A program made the translations under genes and the position numbers. A DNA stretch of 32,000 nt. Origin: Acidothermus cellulolyticus 11B. Lineage in GTDB: Bacteria > Actinomycetota > Actinomycetes > Acidothermales > Acidothermaceae. Numbering within the stretch: the first letter of the stretch is position 1; each line of letters begins with the position of its first letter. Below the pieces are notes generated by a model. That model was not told the origin of the DNA and made no database searches. It saw nothing but the letters and a program-made list of their open reading frames with translations. The stretch lies in assembly GCF_000015025.1 (NCBI RefSeq), contig NC_008578.1, positions 570,001 to 602,000 on the forward strand, given 5' to 3'. Positions 25,331 through 32,000 of this stretch are shown here, piece after piece.

Positions 25331-25448
25331 GGGCACCGCCCGGCAGGTGGGCTCGGTACGGCGGGTCGGCCGGGCACGGCATCGGCACAAAGCGCCGGCT
25401 GGGCACGGTATCGGCGGGTCGGTCGGGCACGGTATCGGCGCGGATCCG
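25331..25448. repeat. Array of about 4 imperfect 23-29-bp direct repeats starting GGGC(A/T)CGG
   Basis: Units begin at 25349, 25372, 25401 and 25425. The last two share 16 identical leading nt (gggcacggtatcggcg). Units 1 and 3 share the tail ggcgggtcgg. Located in the divergent intergenic region. Confidence 0.6.
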
Positions 25449-25466
25449 CGTTGCTACGCTGACCTC

Positions 25467-25865
25467 GTGATCTCTAGCGCGGCCAGACGGCGAGCTGATC
25501 GCTGGCCGCTGCTGACCGCCGTCGTCGTCGCTTGGATCGAAGCGGCGGCTCTCGTCTCCTTCGCCATTGGCATGGCGGTGTATCAGCTGACCGGACACCG
25601 TGCGTTCGATCCGCCGGTTGCCTGGCTGCTCTGTGGCCTTGCGGCTCTTGCCGGCGGCGGACTCGGTGCGGCGGGTCATGCCTTGTGGCGAGGACGCCGG
25701 TACGGCCGCTCGCCGGTGGTCGTCGCCCAGGTGCTGGCGGTACCCATCGCGGTCGACGCGCTGCGGCACGGCGTGTGGTGGGTCGGCGTACCGCTCGGGC
25801 TCGTCGCACTTGCCGGCCTGGTAGGCGTTTTCGCGCCGTCGACCACCCGGACGCTGTACGGCTGA
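25467..25865 (+). CDS. Small integral membrane protein (about 4 TM), unknown function
   Basis: ORF 25137..25865 trimmed to GTG 25467. The hydrophobic segments (LLTAVVVAWIEAAALVSFAIGMAV, WLLCGLAALAGGGLGAAG, VVVAQVLAVPIAV, WWVGVPLGLVALAGLVGVF) all lie after this start. The start is uncertain. Confidence 0.55.
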   Translation: MISSAARRRADRWPLLTAVVVAWIEAAALVSFAIGMAVYQLTGHRAFDPPVAWLLCGLAALAGGGLGAAGHALWRGRRYGRSPVVVAQVLAVPIAVDALRHGVWWVGVPLGLVALAGLVGVFAPSTTRTLYG

Positions 25866-25877
25866 CCGGTTATCCAT

Positions 25878-26741
25878 TCATTGGTCGGCGAGCAGACCTT
25901 CGCGTAAGCGGGCGAGCGTGCGGGCCAGCAGTCGGGACACGTGCATCTGAGAAATTCCGAGTTCGGCCGCGATCTGCGATTGCGTCATGTTGCGGAAGAA
26001 GCGGAGGAGGAGGATGCGCTTTTCCCGCGGTGGCAGTTTCTCCAGTAACGGCTTGAGCGATTCGCGGTATTCGACGCCTTCGAGCGCCTCGTCGATATTT
26101 CCCAGCGTATCCGCGACGGCGAGCGCGTCGGCGTCGTCCGTCTCCGGGGTGTCCAGCGAAATGGTGGAGTAGGCGTTCGCGGATTCCAGACCCTCCAGGA
26201 TTTCGTCCTCAGACATGCCGAGATGGTCGGCAAGCTCGCTGACCGTGGGGGCGCGGCCGTACTGCTGGGACAGTTCGCTGGTCGCTTTCGCCAGTGACAT
26301 TTTGAGTTCCTGCAGGCGGCGCGGAACCCGGATCGCCCAGCCTCTGTCCCGGAAGTAGCGTTTGATCTCGCCGACGATGGTGGGTGTCGCGTAGGTGGAG
26401 AATTCAACACCCCGCTCGACGTCGAAACGGTCGATCGCCTTGATGAGGCCGATGGTCGCCACCTGTACGAGATCGTCGTGCGGTTCCCCGCGATTGCGAA
26501 ACCGCCGAGCCAAGTATTCGACGAGAGGCAGGTGGGTTTGGACCAGCTCGGAGCGGATTTCTTGCCGCCGTGGGGATTCCGGCGGCAGCGCGGCCATTTC
26601 GGCGAACAAGGCGCGGGTGCGCTCCCGGTCGGTGACGATAGCGGACGACGGCGTCTCACCCTGAGGCGCGTCCAGTGCGGCCGGCGCATCGTCGAGCGGC
26701 TCGATCTGTTGATCAACCGGCGCGTGGTGACCGCTCGTCAC
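25878..26741 (-). CDS. sigF: Group-3 SigF/SigB-family sigma factor (Mtb SigF / S. coelicolor SigH-like)
   Basis: Regions 2-4 are present (DDLVQVATIGLIKAIDRFD, FSTYATPTIVGEIKRYFRD, MTQSQIAAELGISQMHVSRLL). Start set at GTG 26741 (GTGA overlap with the anti-sigma stop). Orthologue naming is ambiguous. Confidence 0.85.
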   Translation of the reverse strand: MTSGHHAPVDQQIEPLDDAPAALDAPQGETPSSAIVTDRERTRALFAEMAALPPESPRRQEIRSELVQTHLPLVEYLARRFRNRGEPHDDLVQVATIGLIKAIDRFDVERGVEFSTYATPTIVGEIKRYFRDRGWAIRVPRRLQELKMSLAKATSELSQQYGRAPTVSELADHLGMSEDEILEGLESANAYSTISLDTPETDDADALAVADTLGNIDEALEGVEYRESLKPLLEKLPPREKRILLLRFFRNMTQSQIAAELGISQMHVSRLLARTLARLREGLLADQ

Positions 26742-27235
26742 GTGTCCGTCCCGCGCCGTTTGAGGAGAACGATCGACTGCCGGCCGTCGGATTCGGCCCG
26801 GGTCTCGACGTGACCGGCCAGCGCCGCGAGGACGTTCCACGCGAAAGAATCCTTGGGCACCGAGCGGGTACCGGGTGCAGTCACGGTGATCTCCAAGCCG
26901 TCTCCGGTCAGCTCAAAGGCGCACGACATGACTGCGTCGGGCGGGCTCGTGCCGAGGAGCAGGGAGCAGGCTTCGTCGACGGCGATCCGTAGGTCCTCGA
27001 TGTCATCCAGGGTGAAGTCGAGCCGCGCCGCCAAGCTCGCGGTGGTGGTGCGCAGTACGGCGAGATACGCGGCCGTGGCTGGCAGTTCAATCGTCACGAG
27101 ATCGCGGATGCCAACCGTCCCGGCCGGGGTCGTCGGTTCGCGGACATCGTCCACCTCGCCCGGCTCGGCGGTGTCGGCCGCCGCCGTCGCGCGGGCGTTA
27201 CCGGCCGCAGCTGGATCGTGCGCGTCTTCGGTCAC
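26738..27235 (-). CDS. rsbW: RsbW/UsfX-type anti-sigma factor
   Basis: 165 aa. Aligns by eye to Mtb UsfX (LDDIEDLRIAVDEACSLLL, SFAWNVLAALAGHVE). GTG start after GGGAGA. Immediately upstream of, and coupled to, the sigma gene. Confidence 0.8.
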   Translation of the reverse strand: MTEDAHDPAAAGNARATAAADTAEPGEVDDVREPTTPAGTVGIRDLVTIELPATAAYLAVLRTTTASLAARLDFTLDDIEDLRIAVDEACSLLLGTSPPDAVMSCAFELTGDGLEITVTAPGTRSVPKDSFAWNVLAALAGHVETRAESDGRQSIVLLKRRGTDT

Positions 27236-27340
27236 CCGATCTCCCGCTCTGCTGCGTGGTGCTTGTCGATCTCCGCCCTGAGAGCATCGATCCGGTATGA
27301 CTCTACGGATCGAGCCGGTTTGACTGTACGGGGCACATCG

Positions 27341-27365
27341 CCCGGGGCGCGGTGAACGCCCCGGG
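27341..27365 (-). terminator. GC-rich hairpin downstream of sodN
   Basis: CCCGGGGCG (27341-27349) and CGCCCCGGG (27357-27365) form a perfect 9-bp stem with a 7-nt loop, 24 nt after the sodN stop. No U-tract (common in actinomycetes). Confidence 0.5.
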
Positions 27366-27388
27366 ACGACGTCGCGATCGCGTGTCGG

Positions 27389-27796
27389 TCAGCCCTGCTT
27401 GGTCTCCCAGAAGATCTTGTCAATCTCGGCGATTTTGTCCAGGAGCTGCTGGGCGACAGCCGGGTCTTGCTGACCTTTCGCCCCGGCGGCGCCGGCGAGC
27501 TTGGTGGCCTCCCAGAACAGTTGGTGGAGCTGTGGGTACTTCTCCAAGTGGTTGGGCTTGAAGTAATCCGTCCAGAGCACCCACAGGTGGTGTTTCACAA
27601 GCTCAGCACGTTGTTCCTTGATGAACAGAGCCCGGGCTCGGAAGGCGGGGTCGTCGTTGGCTTGGTATTTCTCCATGATGGCCTTGACGGATTCCGCTTC
27701 GATGCGGGCCTGGGCAGGATCGTAGACCCCGCACGGCAGATCACAGTGCGCATGGACGGTTGTGCGGGGGGTGAGAAGGCGAGCGAGTACCTTCAT
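27389..27796 (-). CDS. sodN: Nickel superoxide dismutase precursor
   Basis: ORF trimmed to ATG 27796 after GGAAGGAG. A 16-aa leader (MKVLARLLTPRTTVHA) precedes the Ni-hook HCDLPCGVYDPAQARIEAESV. C-terminus KIFWETKQG. Confidence 0.95.
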   Translation of the reverse strand: MKVLARLLTPRTTVHAHCDLPCGVYDPAQARIEAESVKAIMEKYQANDDPAFRARALFIKEQRAELVKHHLWVLWTDYFKPNHLEKYPQLHQLFWEATKLAGAAGAKGQQDPAVAQQLLDKIAEIDKIFWETKQG

Positions 27797-27890
27797 GACA
27801 ACTCCTTCCAGTGGACGTCGTCGGCGTGCGGACGAGCGGTCCGGCGTGCCGCCGTGGACGCCGTCCGGCGCTGGTGTCCGCGGGCGGCGG

Positions 27891-28319
27891 ATGCCTGTCG
27901 TTTTGACCCTACCCCTCGCCTTGATCGCTTCACTCAGGACGGCGCCGGTCGGTTGGCGGAACCGATGGCGGGCGGTGGTCGTCGAGGGGGCTTCGATGCT
28001 GCCGACCCTGCACTCGGGTGATTGCTTGCTCGTCGTCCGCACGTCCCGGCTGCACCCAGGCGATATGGTCGTCGCCCGTCACCCTCGGGAGCCTGGTCGT
28101 CTCGTCGTCAAGCGTCTCGCGTGGGAAACAGAGACCGGGTGGTGGCTCGTGTCGGATAATCCGCAGGCGCCGGGTGCGGCCGATAGTTTTCACTTCGGGG
28201 CCGTGCCATCGGCGGATATTGTGGGTCGTGTCGTGCTGCGATATTTCCCGCTGACGCGTCTCGCATGGTGGCTGCGCCGGCGGCCGGTGTGTTACGAGCG
28301 GGAGCGCAGAGAGGCGTAG
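27891..28319 (+). CDS. sodX: NiSOD maturation protease (S26 signal-peptidase family)
   Basis: Divergent from sodN. GASMLPTL catalytic-Ser motif, VVKRL, WLVSDN. Start ATG 27891 is uncertain. Confidence 0.8.
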   Translation: MPVVLTLPLALIASLRTAPVGWRNRWRAVVVEGASMLPTLHSGDCLLVVRTSRLHPGDMVVARHPREPGRLVVKRLAWETETGWWLVSDNPQAPGAADSFHFGAVPSADIVGRVVLRYFPLTRLAWWLRRRPVCYERERREA

Positions 28320-28897
28320 AACGCCAGGCATTCGGCGTACGTGGGGAGCAATCCGTCCGCGGCCGCCTTCGCCAGTCCGGGAGCTGCGGCGTCCTTCGCC
28401 GACAAGATGGGCTCGATGTCGCGCGGCCAGGGAATTCCCAGTTCCTCGTCGAGCGGATTGACGCCGTGCTCTCGTTCCGGCGCGTATCCGGTTGAGCAGA
28501 GGTAGGTCACGACGGCGTCGTCGGTCAATGCCATGAACGCGTGCCCGAGACCTTCGGAAATGTAGACGGCGCGGCGGTCGACGTCATCGAGGCGGACCGT
28601 GTCGAGGCGGCCGAACGTGGGCGAGCCGACACGGATGTCGACGACGACATCCAGGACAGCTCCGCGGGCGCAGTACACGTACTTCGCCTGACTTGGCGGG
28701 ACGTCAGCGAAGTGGACGCCGCGGATGGTGCCCCGCCGCGAGACGGACTGGTTCGACTGCGCAATGGCCATCTGGTGACCGATCACCCTGCTGAGGACGT
28801 CGGCGCGGAACCACTCAAGGAAGACGCCACGCTCATCGGGGTACTGGCGCGGCGTGAACACCCAGGCGTCGGGAACCGCGAGAGGGGCGACATCCAT
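28292..28897 (-). CDS. rmlC: dTDP-4-dehydrorhamnose 3,5-epimerase
   Basis: ORF 28292..29539 trimmed to ATG 28897 (MDVAPLAVPDAWVFTPRQYPDERGVFLEWF...RGVHF...). 201 aa. Convergently overlaps the sodX 3-prime end by 28 nt. Confidence 0.9.
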   Translation of the reverse strand: MDVAPLAVPDAWVFTPRQYPDERGVFLEWFRADVLSRVIGHQMAIAQSNQSVSRRGTIRGVHFADVPPSQAKYVYCARGAVLDVVVDIRVGSPTFGRLDTVRLDDVDRRAVYISEGLGHAFMALTDDAVVTYLCSTGYAPEREHGVNPLDEELGIPWPRDIEPILSAKDAAAPGLAKAAADGLLPTYAECLAFYASLRSRS

Positions 28898-29122
28898 GGT
28901 CCACAGCCTATCGGGAGGCAATGCGCGTCCGGCTCGTGACACAACACCGCTCCCGACCGGGGGGCAACGCTCCGCCGGTCGGTGGCGCAGCGCCTCCCGG
29001 CTCGAAGCACCGGTGGGCCGGAGGCACCGGCGGTGGCCTTGGCTTGAGGCGCGCATCGCCACGGGCTTATCTAGACGAACCACACCTTGACCCCGGCGCC
29101 AACGGTGTGATAGACAACAAAC

Positions 29123-30460
29123 ATGTCTAGACGACCTATCGACCTCGGTGAATTCGATGTCGTGGTCGTTGGATCTGGCTCGGCCGGAAGTGCGGCGGCG
29201 ATTGCGGCTGCTCGACAGGGTGCCCGCACGTTGGTCGTTGAAAAGTTGCCCTTTCTCGGAGGCGTCTCCACCGCCGTGCTTGACACGTTTTACGGGTTCT
29301 ACACTCCCGGTGAAGTTGCGCATAAAGTCGTGGGGGGGATCGCGGACGAAGTGGTTGCTGAGCTGCGCCGCCTCGGTACGGTGGTCGAGCGGCCCAATAC
29401 GTACGGTGCTGGAACGGGAATTACGTACCTTCCAGATCATTTGAAGATCGTATGGGAGCGCCTGGTCACCGCTGCGGGCGCGCGAGTCTTGCTCCACGCG
29501 ATGGTGCAGGATGTTGCGGTTGACAAGGGCCGTGTTCATTCAATTGTCGTCGCGACAAAGGCTGGCCTCGGCATCGTGCGTTGTCGTGTCGCCATTGATG
29601 CGAGCGGAGATGCTGATGTGTGCCATTTTGCCGGATTCAGTTATGAGCTAGCTGGCCGCGACAGTCCTGCACAATCTTTGACAACCACGTTCCGATTGGC
29701 CAACGTCGATGTGGATCTCCGTCGCACGGTCAGCCGTGACGAACTTCATCGCTTAATGCGAGAAGCTGCAAACTCCGGCCTATATCACCTACCAAGGCGC
29801 GACGGCTCCGACCACATCACGCCGATACCGGGCGTCACCGCGACCGTCATGACGCGCGTGCCGGGCGCAGCGGTAAGAGGTGAGGTAACCGTTAACGCAA
29901 CTGATCCGTGGTACCTTACTGAAGTTGAGATAGAGGGCCGCCGACAGGTTTTGGAATACGCGCGCTTTCTGAGAGACAAGATTCCTGGATACGCAAACTC
30001 GCACTTGGTTGCGATGAGTACCCAGATAGGGTTGCGCGAGACGCGTCGAATCCGCGGTGAATACGTGCTGACAGCAGATGACGTTTTGCAGGCACGACAG
30101 TTTGACGATCAAGTCGCGCTTTCTGGGGCTCCGATCGAGGATCATCGCTCGGATGACACGACGCGATGGCAGTATCTACCAGAGGGACGAGTCGTCGGAA
30201 TACCACTTCGTGCTCTTCTCCCTAGGGATGGTGAGAACGTCCTCGTGGTCGGAAGGTGCTTCTCTGCGACGCACGATGCGCACGCAGCGGTCCGGTCGAT
30301 GGCGCAGTGCATGGCGATGGGTCAGGCTGCGGGAACTCTGGCGGGACTCGCTACGACAAACTCGCGAGACATTCGCGACGTCCACTTCAACGTCCTTAGG
30401 GATCGACTGCGTGACGATGGTGCAATTCTTCTCTTGGACGAAGGTGCCCCGTGCCGGTGA
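29123..30460 (+). CDS. FAD-dependent oxidoreductase (FAD_oxidored/PF12831-like)
   Basis: 445 aa. N-terminal Rossmann motif DVVVVGSGSAGSAAAIAAARQG. Lower GC than upstream genes. One in-frame TTA codon (29753-29755). Confidence 0.85.
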   Translation: MSRRPIDLGEFDVVVVGSGSAGSAAAIAAARQGARTLVVEKLPFLGGVSTAVLDTFYGFYTPGEVAHKVVGGIADEVVAELRRLGTVVERPNTYGAGTGITYLPDHLKIVWERLVTAAGARVLLHAMVQDVAVDKGRVHSIVVATKAGLGIVRCRVAIDASGDADVCHFAGFSYELAGRDSPAQSLTTTFRLANVDVDLRRTVSRDELHRLMREAANSGLYHLPRRDGSDHITPIPGVTATVMTRVPGAAVRGEVTVNATDPWYLTEVEIEGRRQVLEYARFLRDKIPGYANSHLVAMSTQIGLRETRRIRGEYVLTADDVLQARQFDDQVALSGAPIEDHRSDDTTRWQYLPEGRVVGIPLRALLPRDGENVLVVGRCFSATHDAHAAVRSMAQCMAMGQAAGTLAGLATTNSRDIRDVHFNVLRDRLRDDGAILLLDEGAPCR

Positions 30461-31455
30461 CGTCGACGCAAGCAAGAGAGTCTGACTCCGGCATGCCTGT
30501 GCAGGGAAATGCGCTGGTCCGGACGATACTCGGCGATATCAGCTCGACAGAACTGGGCGTATGCTTGTCCCATGAGCATGTCATTATTGACGGCGGCGTG
30601 CCGAAAATCATCAATCCAGAGATCGCATTACAAAGCGTCGAAGCAGCTGTCACGGAGTTAGAGGAATGCAAAAAAGCCGGAGTTCAATCATTGATCGACG
30701 CGATGCCAGCGGATGCCGGTCGCAATATTGCCAAGCTGGCTGAGGTTGCGCGGCGAACGGGAATCCACATTGTCTCATGTACTGGGCTACATCATAAACG
30801 TTACTATGGGGAACGTCATTGGGGAGAATTACTGGCAGCCGAGGAATTAGCTGAGTTGTTTGTCCAGGATATCACCGAAGGCATTGACTATTTCGATCTT
30901 TGCGGTCCCGTAGTGCGGCGGTCACCGCATCGTGCTGGATGCATTAAGGTAGCAGGCAGCAAAAACGGACTGACGCACCGAGACCGACGCATCTTCTTGG
31001 CTGCATCTATTGCGGCCGCCAGAACGGGCGCACCTATCATGACTCACTGCGAAGCAGGAACGGGTGGACTAGAACACATTGACACTTTCCGTGACCTGGG
31101 TGTGCCGCTGCATCGCGTCATTCTCTCGCATACTGACAAGATGCCAGATCCGGTATATCATGCAGAAATGCTGAGCGCCGGCGTCAATCTTGTCTACGAC
31201 CAAGGTCTTCGTACACCAGATCAGACTCTTTCTCTCCTGCAAAGAATGGTTGAGTCTGGCTATTACTCGCAAATTCTTCTAGGTACGGACGCTGCGCGAC
31301 GTTCTTTGTGGACTGCGCTTGGAGGAACGCCGGGCATTGCAGAAATCCGCCGTTCTTTCAAGATTGCGCTCGAGATGAATGTTGGTTCCGAGATCGCTCA
31401 TGCGCTCTGGGTTACCAATCCGGCTCGGGTGTTCAGTCTCGAGGGAATCCGATGA
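30451..31455 (+). CDS. Phosphotriesterase-family (PTE/Php) amidohydrolase-fold hydrolase
   Basis: LVRTILGDISSTELGVCLSHEHVIID (H-x-H metal motif), plus HC, SHTD and GTD motifs. GTG 30451 overlaps the upstream stop by 10 nt; alternative start ATG 30493. Four in-frame TTA codons. Confidence 0.85.
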   Translation: MPVTSTQARESDSGMPVQGNALVRTILGDISSTELGVCLSHEHVIIDGGVPKIINPEIALQSVEAAVTELEECKKAGVQSLIDAMPADAGRNIAKLAEVARRTGIHIVSCTGLHHKRYYGERHWGELLAAEELAELFVQDITEGIDYFDLCGPVVRRSPHRAGCIKVAGSKNGLTHRDRRIFLAASIAAARTGAPIMTHCEAGTGGLEHIDTFRDLGVPLHRVILSHTDKMPDPVYHAEMLSAGVNLVYDQGLRTPDQTLSLLQRMVESGYYSQILLGTDAARRSLWTALGGTPGIAEIRRSFKIALEMNVGSEIAHALWVTNPARVFSLEGIR

Positions 31456-32000
31456 ATCGACTTTCCGCTCGTGGAGTTATAGTGACGGGTTCTAGTGGCA
31501 TGGCTGCGGACGCCGTGCTACGGTTCACGGAGGAAGGTGCACGCGTCTTCGTTATTGGTAAGGTCGCGGACGAATGTAGGGCATTGAATGTGCCATATGC
31601 TCTGGCCGACCTGTCCAACGAAGATGAGGCAGTTGCTGCTTTTGATGCCGCGCGCCGCGTATTGGGACGTGTTGATGCCGTGTATGGAGCAGCAGGGGGA
31701 AGTGGACGCGCCATGGGTGATGGCCCTCTTCACTCGGTTCCGTTGGATGGCTGGAAGGCGTCTTTTGATCTTAATGTGACGACTGCGTTCCTGACGGCGC
31801 GCGAAGCAGTGCGCCTAATGTTGGATCAACCGCGTGACGACGATGGATCCCGAGGCTCAGTTGTGCTATTGGCGAGTGTCCTCGCCTGGTCGCCTGCACC
31901 AGCATTTTTTGCAACACATGCGTATGCATCCGCGAAGGCAGCTATTGTCGGGCTGGTCCGGTCGGCGGCCAGCTATTATGCAGGTACGGGTGTGCGAATA
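31452..32000 (+). CDS. Short-chain dehydrogenase/reductase, N-terminal 183 codons (runs off the window end)
   Basis: Own translation: MNRLSARGVIVTGSSGMAADAVLRFTEEGARVFVIG...ASVLAW...YASAKAAIVGL (TGxxxGxA and YxxxK). ATGA overlap with the PTE stop. Confidence 0.8.
   Translation, partial: MNRLSARGVIVTGSSGMAADAVLRFTEEGARVFVIGKVADECRALNVPYALADLSNEDEAVAAFDAARRVLGRVDAVYGAAGGSGRAMGDGPLHSVPLDGWKASFDLNVTTAFLTAREAVRLMLDQPRDDDGSRGSVVLLASVLAWSPAPAFFATHAYASAKAAIVGLVRSAASYYAGTGVRI

Noticed and set aside
27232-27423. 63-aa ORF between sodN and rsbW with a GTGA overlap onto the rsbW start
   Set aside because: Its 5-prime third overlaps the sodN coding end and it contains the sodN terminator hairpin (27341-27365). 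The translation is basic and low complexity. A shorter upstream peptide coupled to rsbW cannot be excluded but is unsupported.
27797-27890. Nur box (TTGCAA-N5-TTGCAA type) in the sodN/sodX divergent region
   Set aside because: No TTGCAA-like half-sites are present in the 94-bp intergenic sequence.
28898-29539. N-terminal 214-codon extension of the rmlC ORF (28292..29539)
   Set aside because: The RmlC homology begins at MDVAPLAV (ATG 28897). The extension runs antisense into the FAD-oxidoreductase gene and across the GC-content boundary.

Overview
High-GC (about 68% in a spot count) actinobacterial chromosomal window, densely coding. I recognised no rRNA, tRNA, CRISPR array, transposase or integrase. 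Gene order follows a conserved actinomycete backbone that I know from memory (M. tuberculosis aroA-Rv3226c...sigH-rshA...TB7.3-pdtaS-whiB1; Streptomyces sigR-rsrA...dasR...wblE...sigH/ushX...sodN-sodX).

Content in order:
- aroA (partial), an SRAP peptidase, a DksA-like zinc finger, and sigH/rshA.
- A SigH-promoted thioredoxin-OsmC-DUF302 operon with a divergent His-less CsoR-family regulator.
- Two translationally coupled genes of unknown function.
- A co-directional block: HD-GYP, a degenerate HD paralogue, biotin carboxylase, a 71-aa BCCP and an orphan PilT ATPase.
- A complete DasR-type GlcNAc/chitobiose module (dasR, ABC binding protein, two permeases, BadF-type kinase, SIS protein, nagA, msiK) with four dre boxes.
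- pdtaS, whiB1 (Rex/CRP-type box upstream), a DAG-kinase-like gene, a SIS protein and a small membrane protein.
- A SigF/SigB-type sigma factor with an RsbW-type anti-sigma factor, Ni-SOD sodN with its protease sodX, and rmlC.

From about 29.05 kb to the window end, GC drops sharply (47-53% in spot counts) and TTA codons appear. This stretch is a translationally coupled FAD-oxidoreductase / phosphotriesterase-family hydrolase / SDR operon and is probably horizontally acquired. Many gene junctions use 4-nt ATGA/GTGA overlaps.

Non-genic signals include two GGAAT-N18-GTTG promoters, paired CsoR-style palindromes, and a recurrent class of 20-50-bp tandem duplications at gene termini and in intergenic DNA.

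I found no clear-cut novel defence-type system. The best leads are the dual-sensor thiol operon, the HD-GYP/HD/BC/BCCP/PilT block with its 600-bp leader, the unknown two-gene operon, and the low-GC island.
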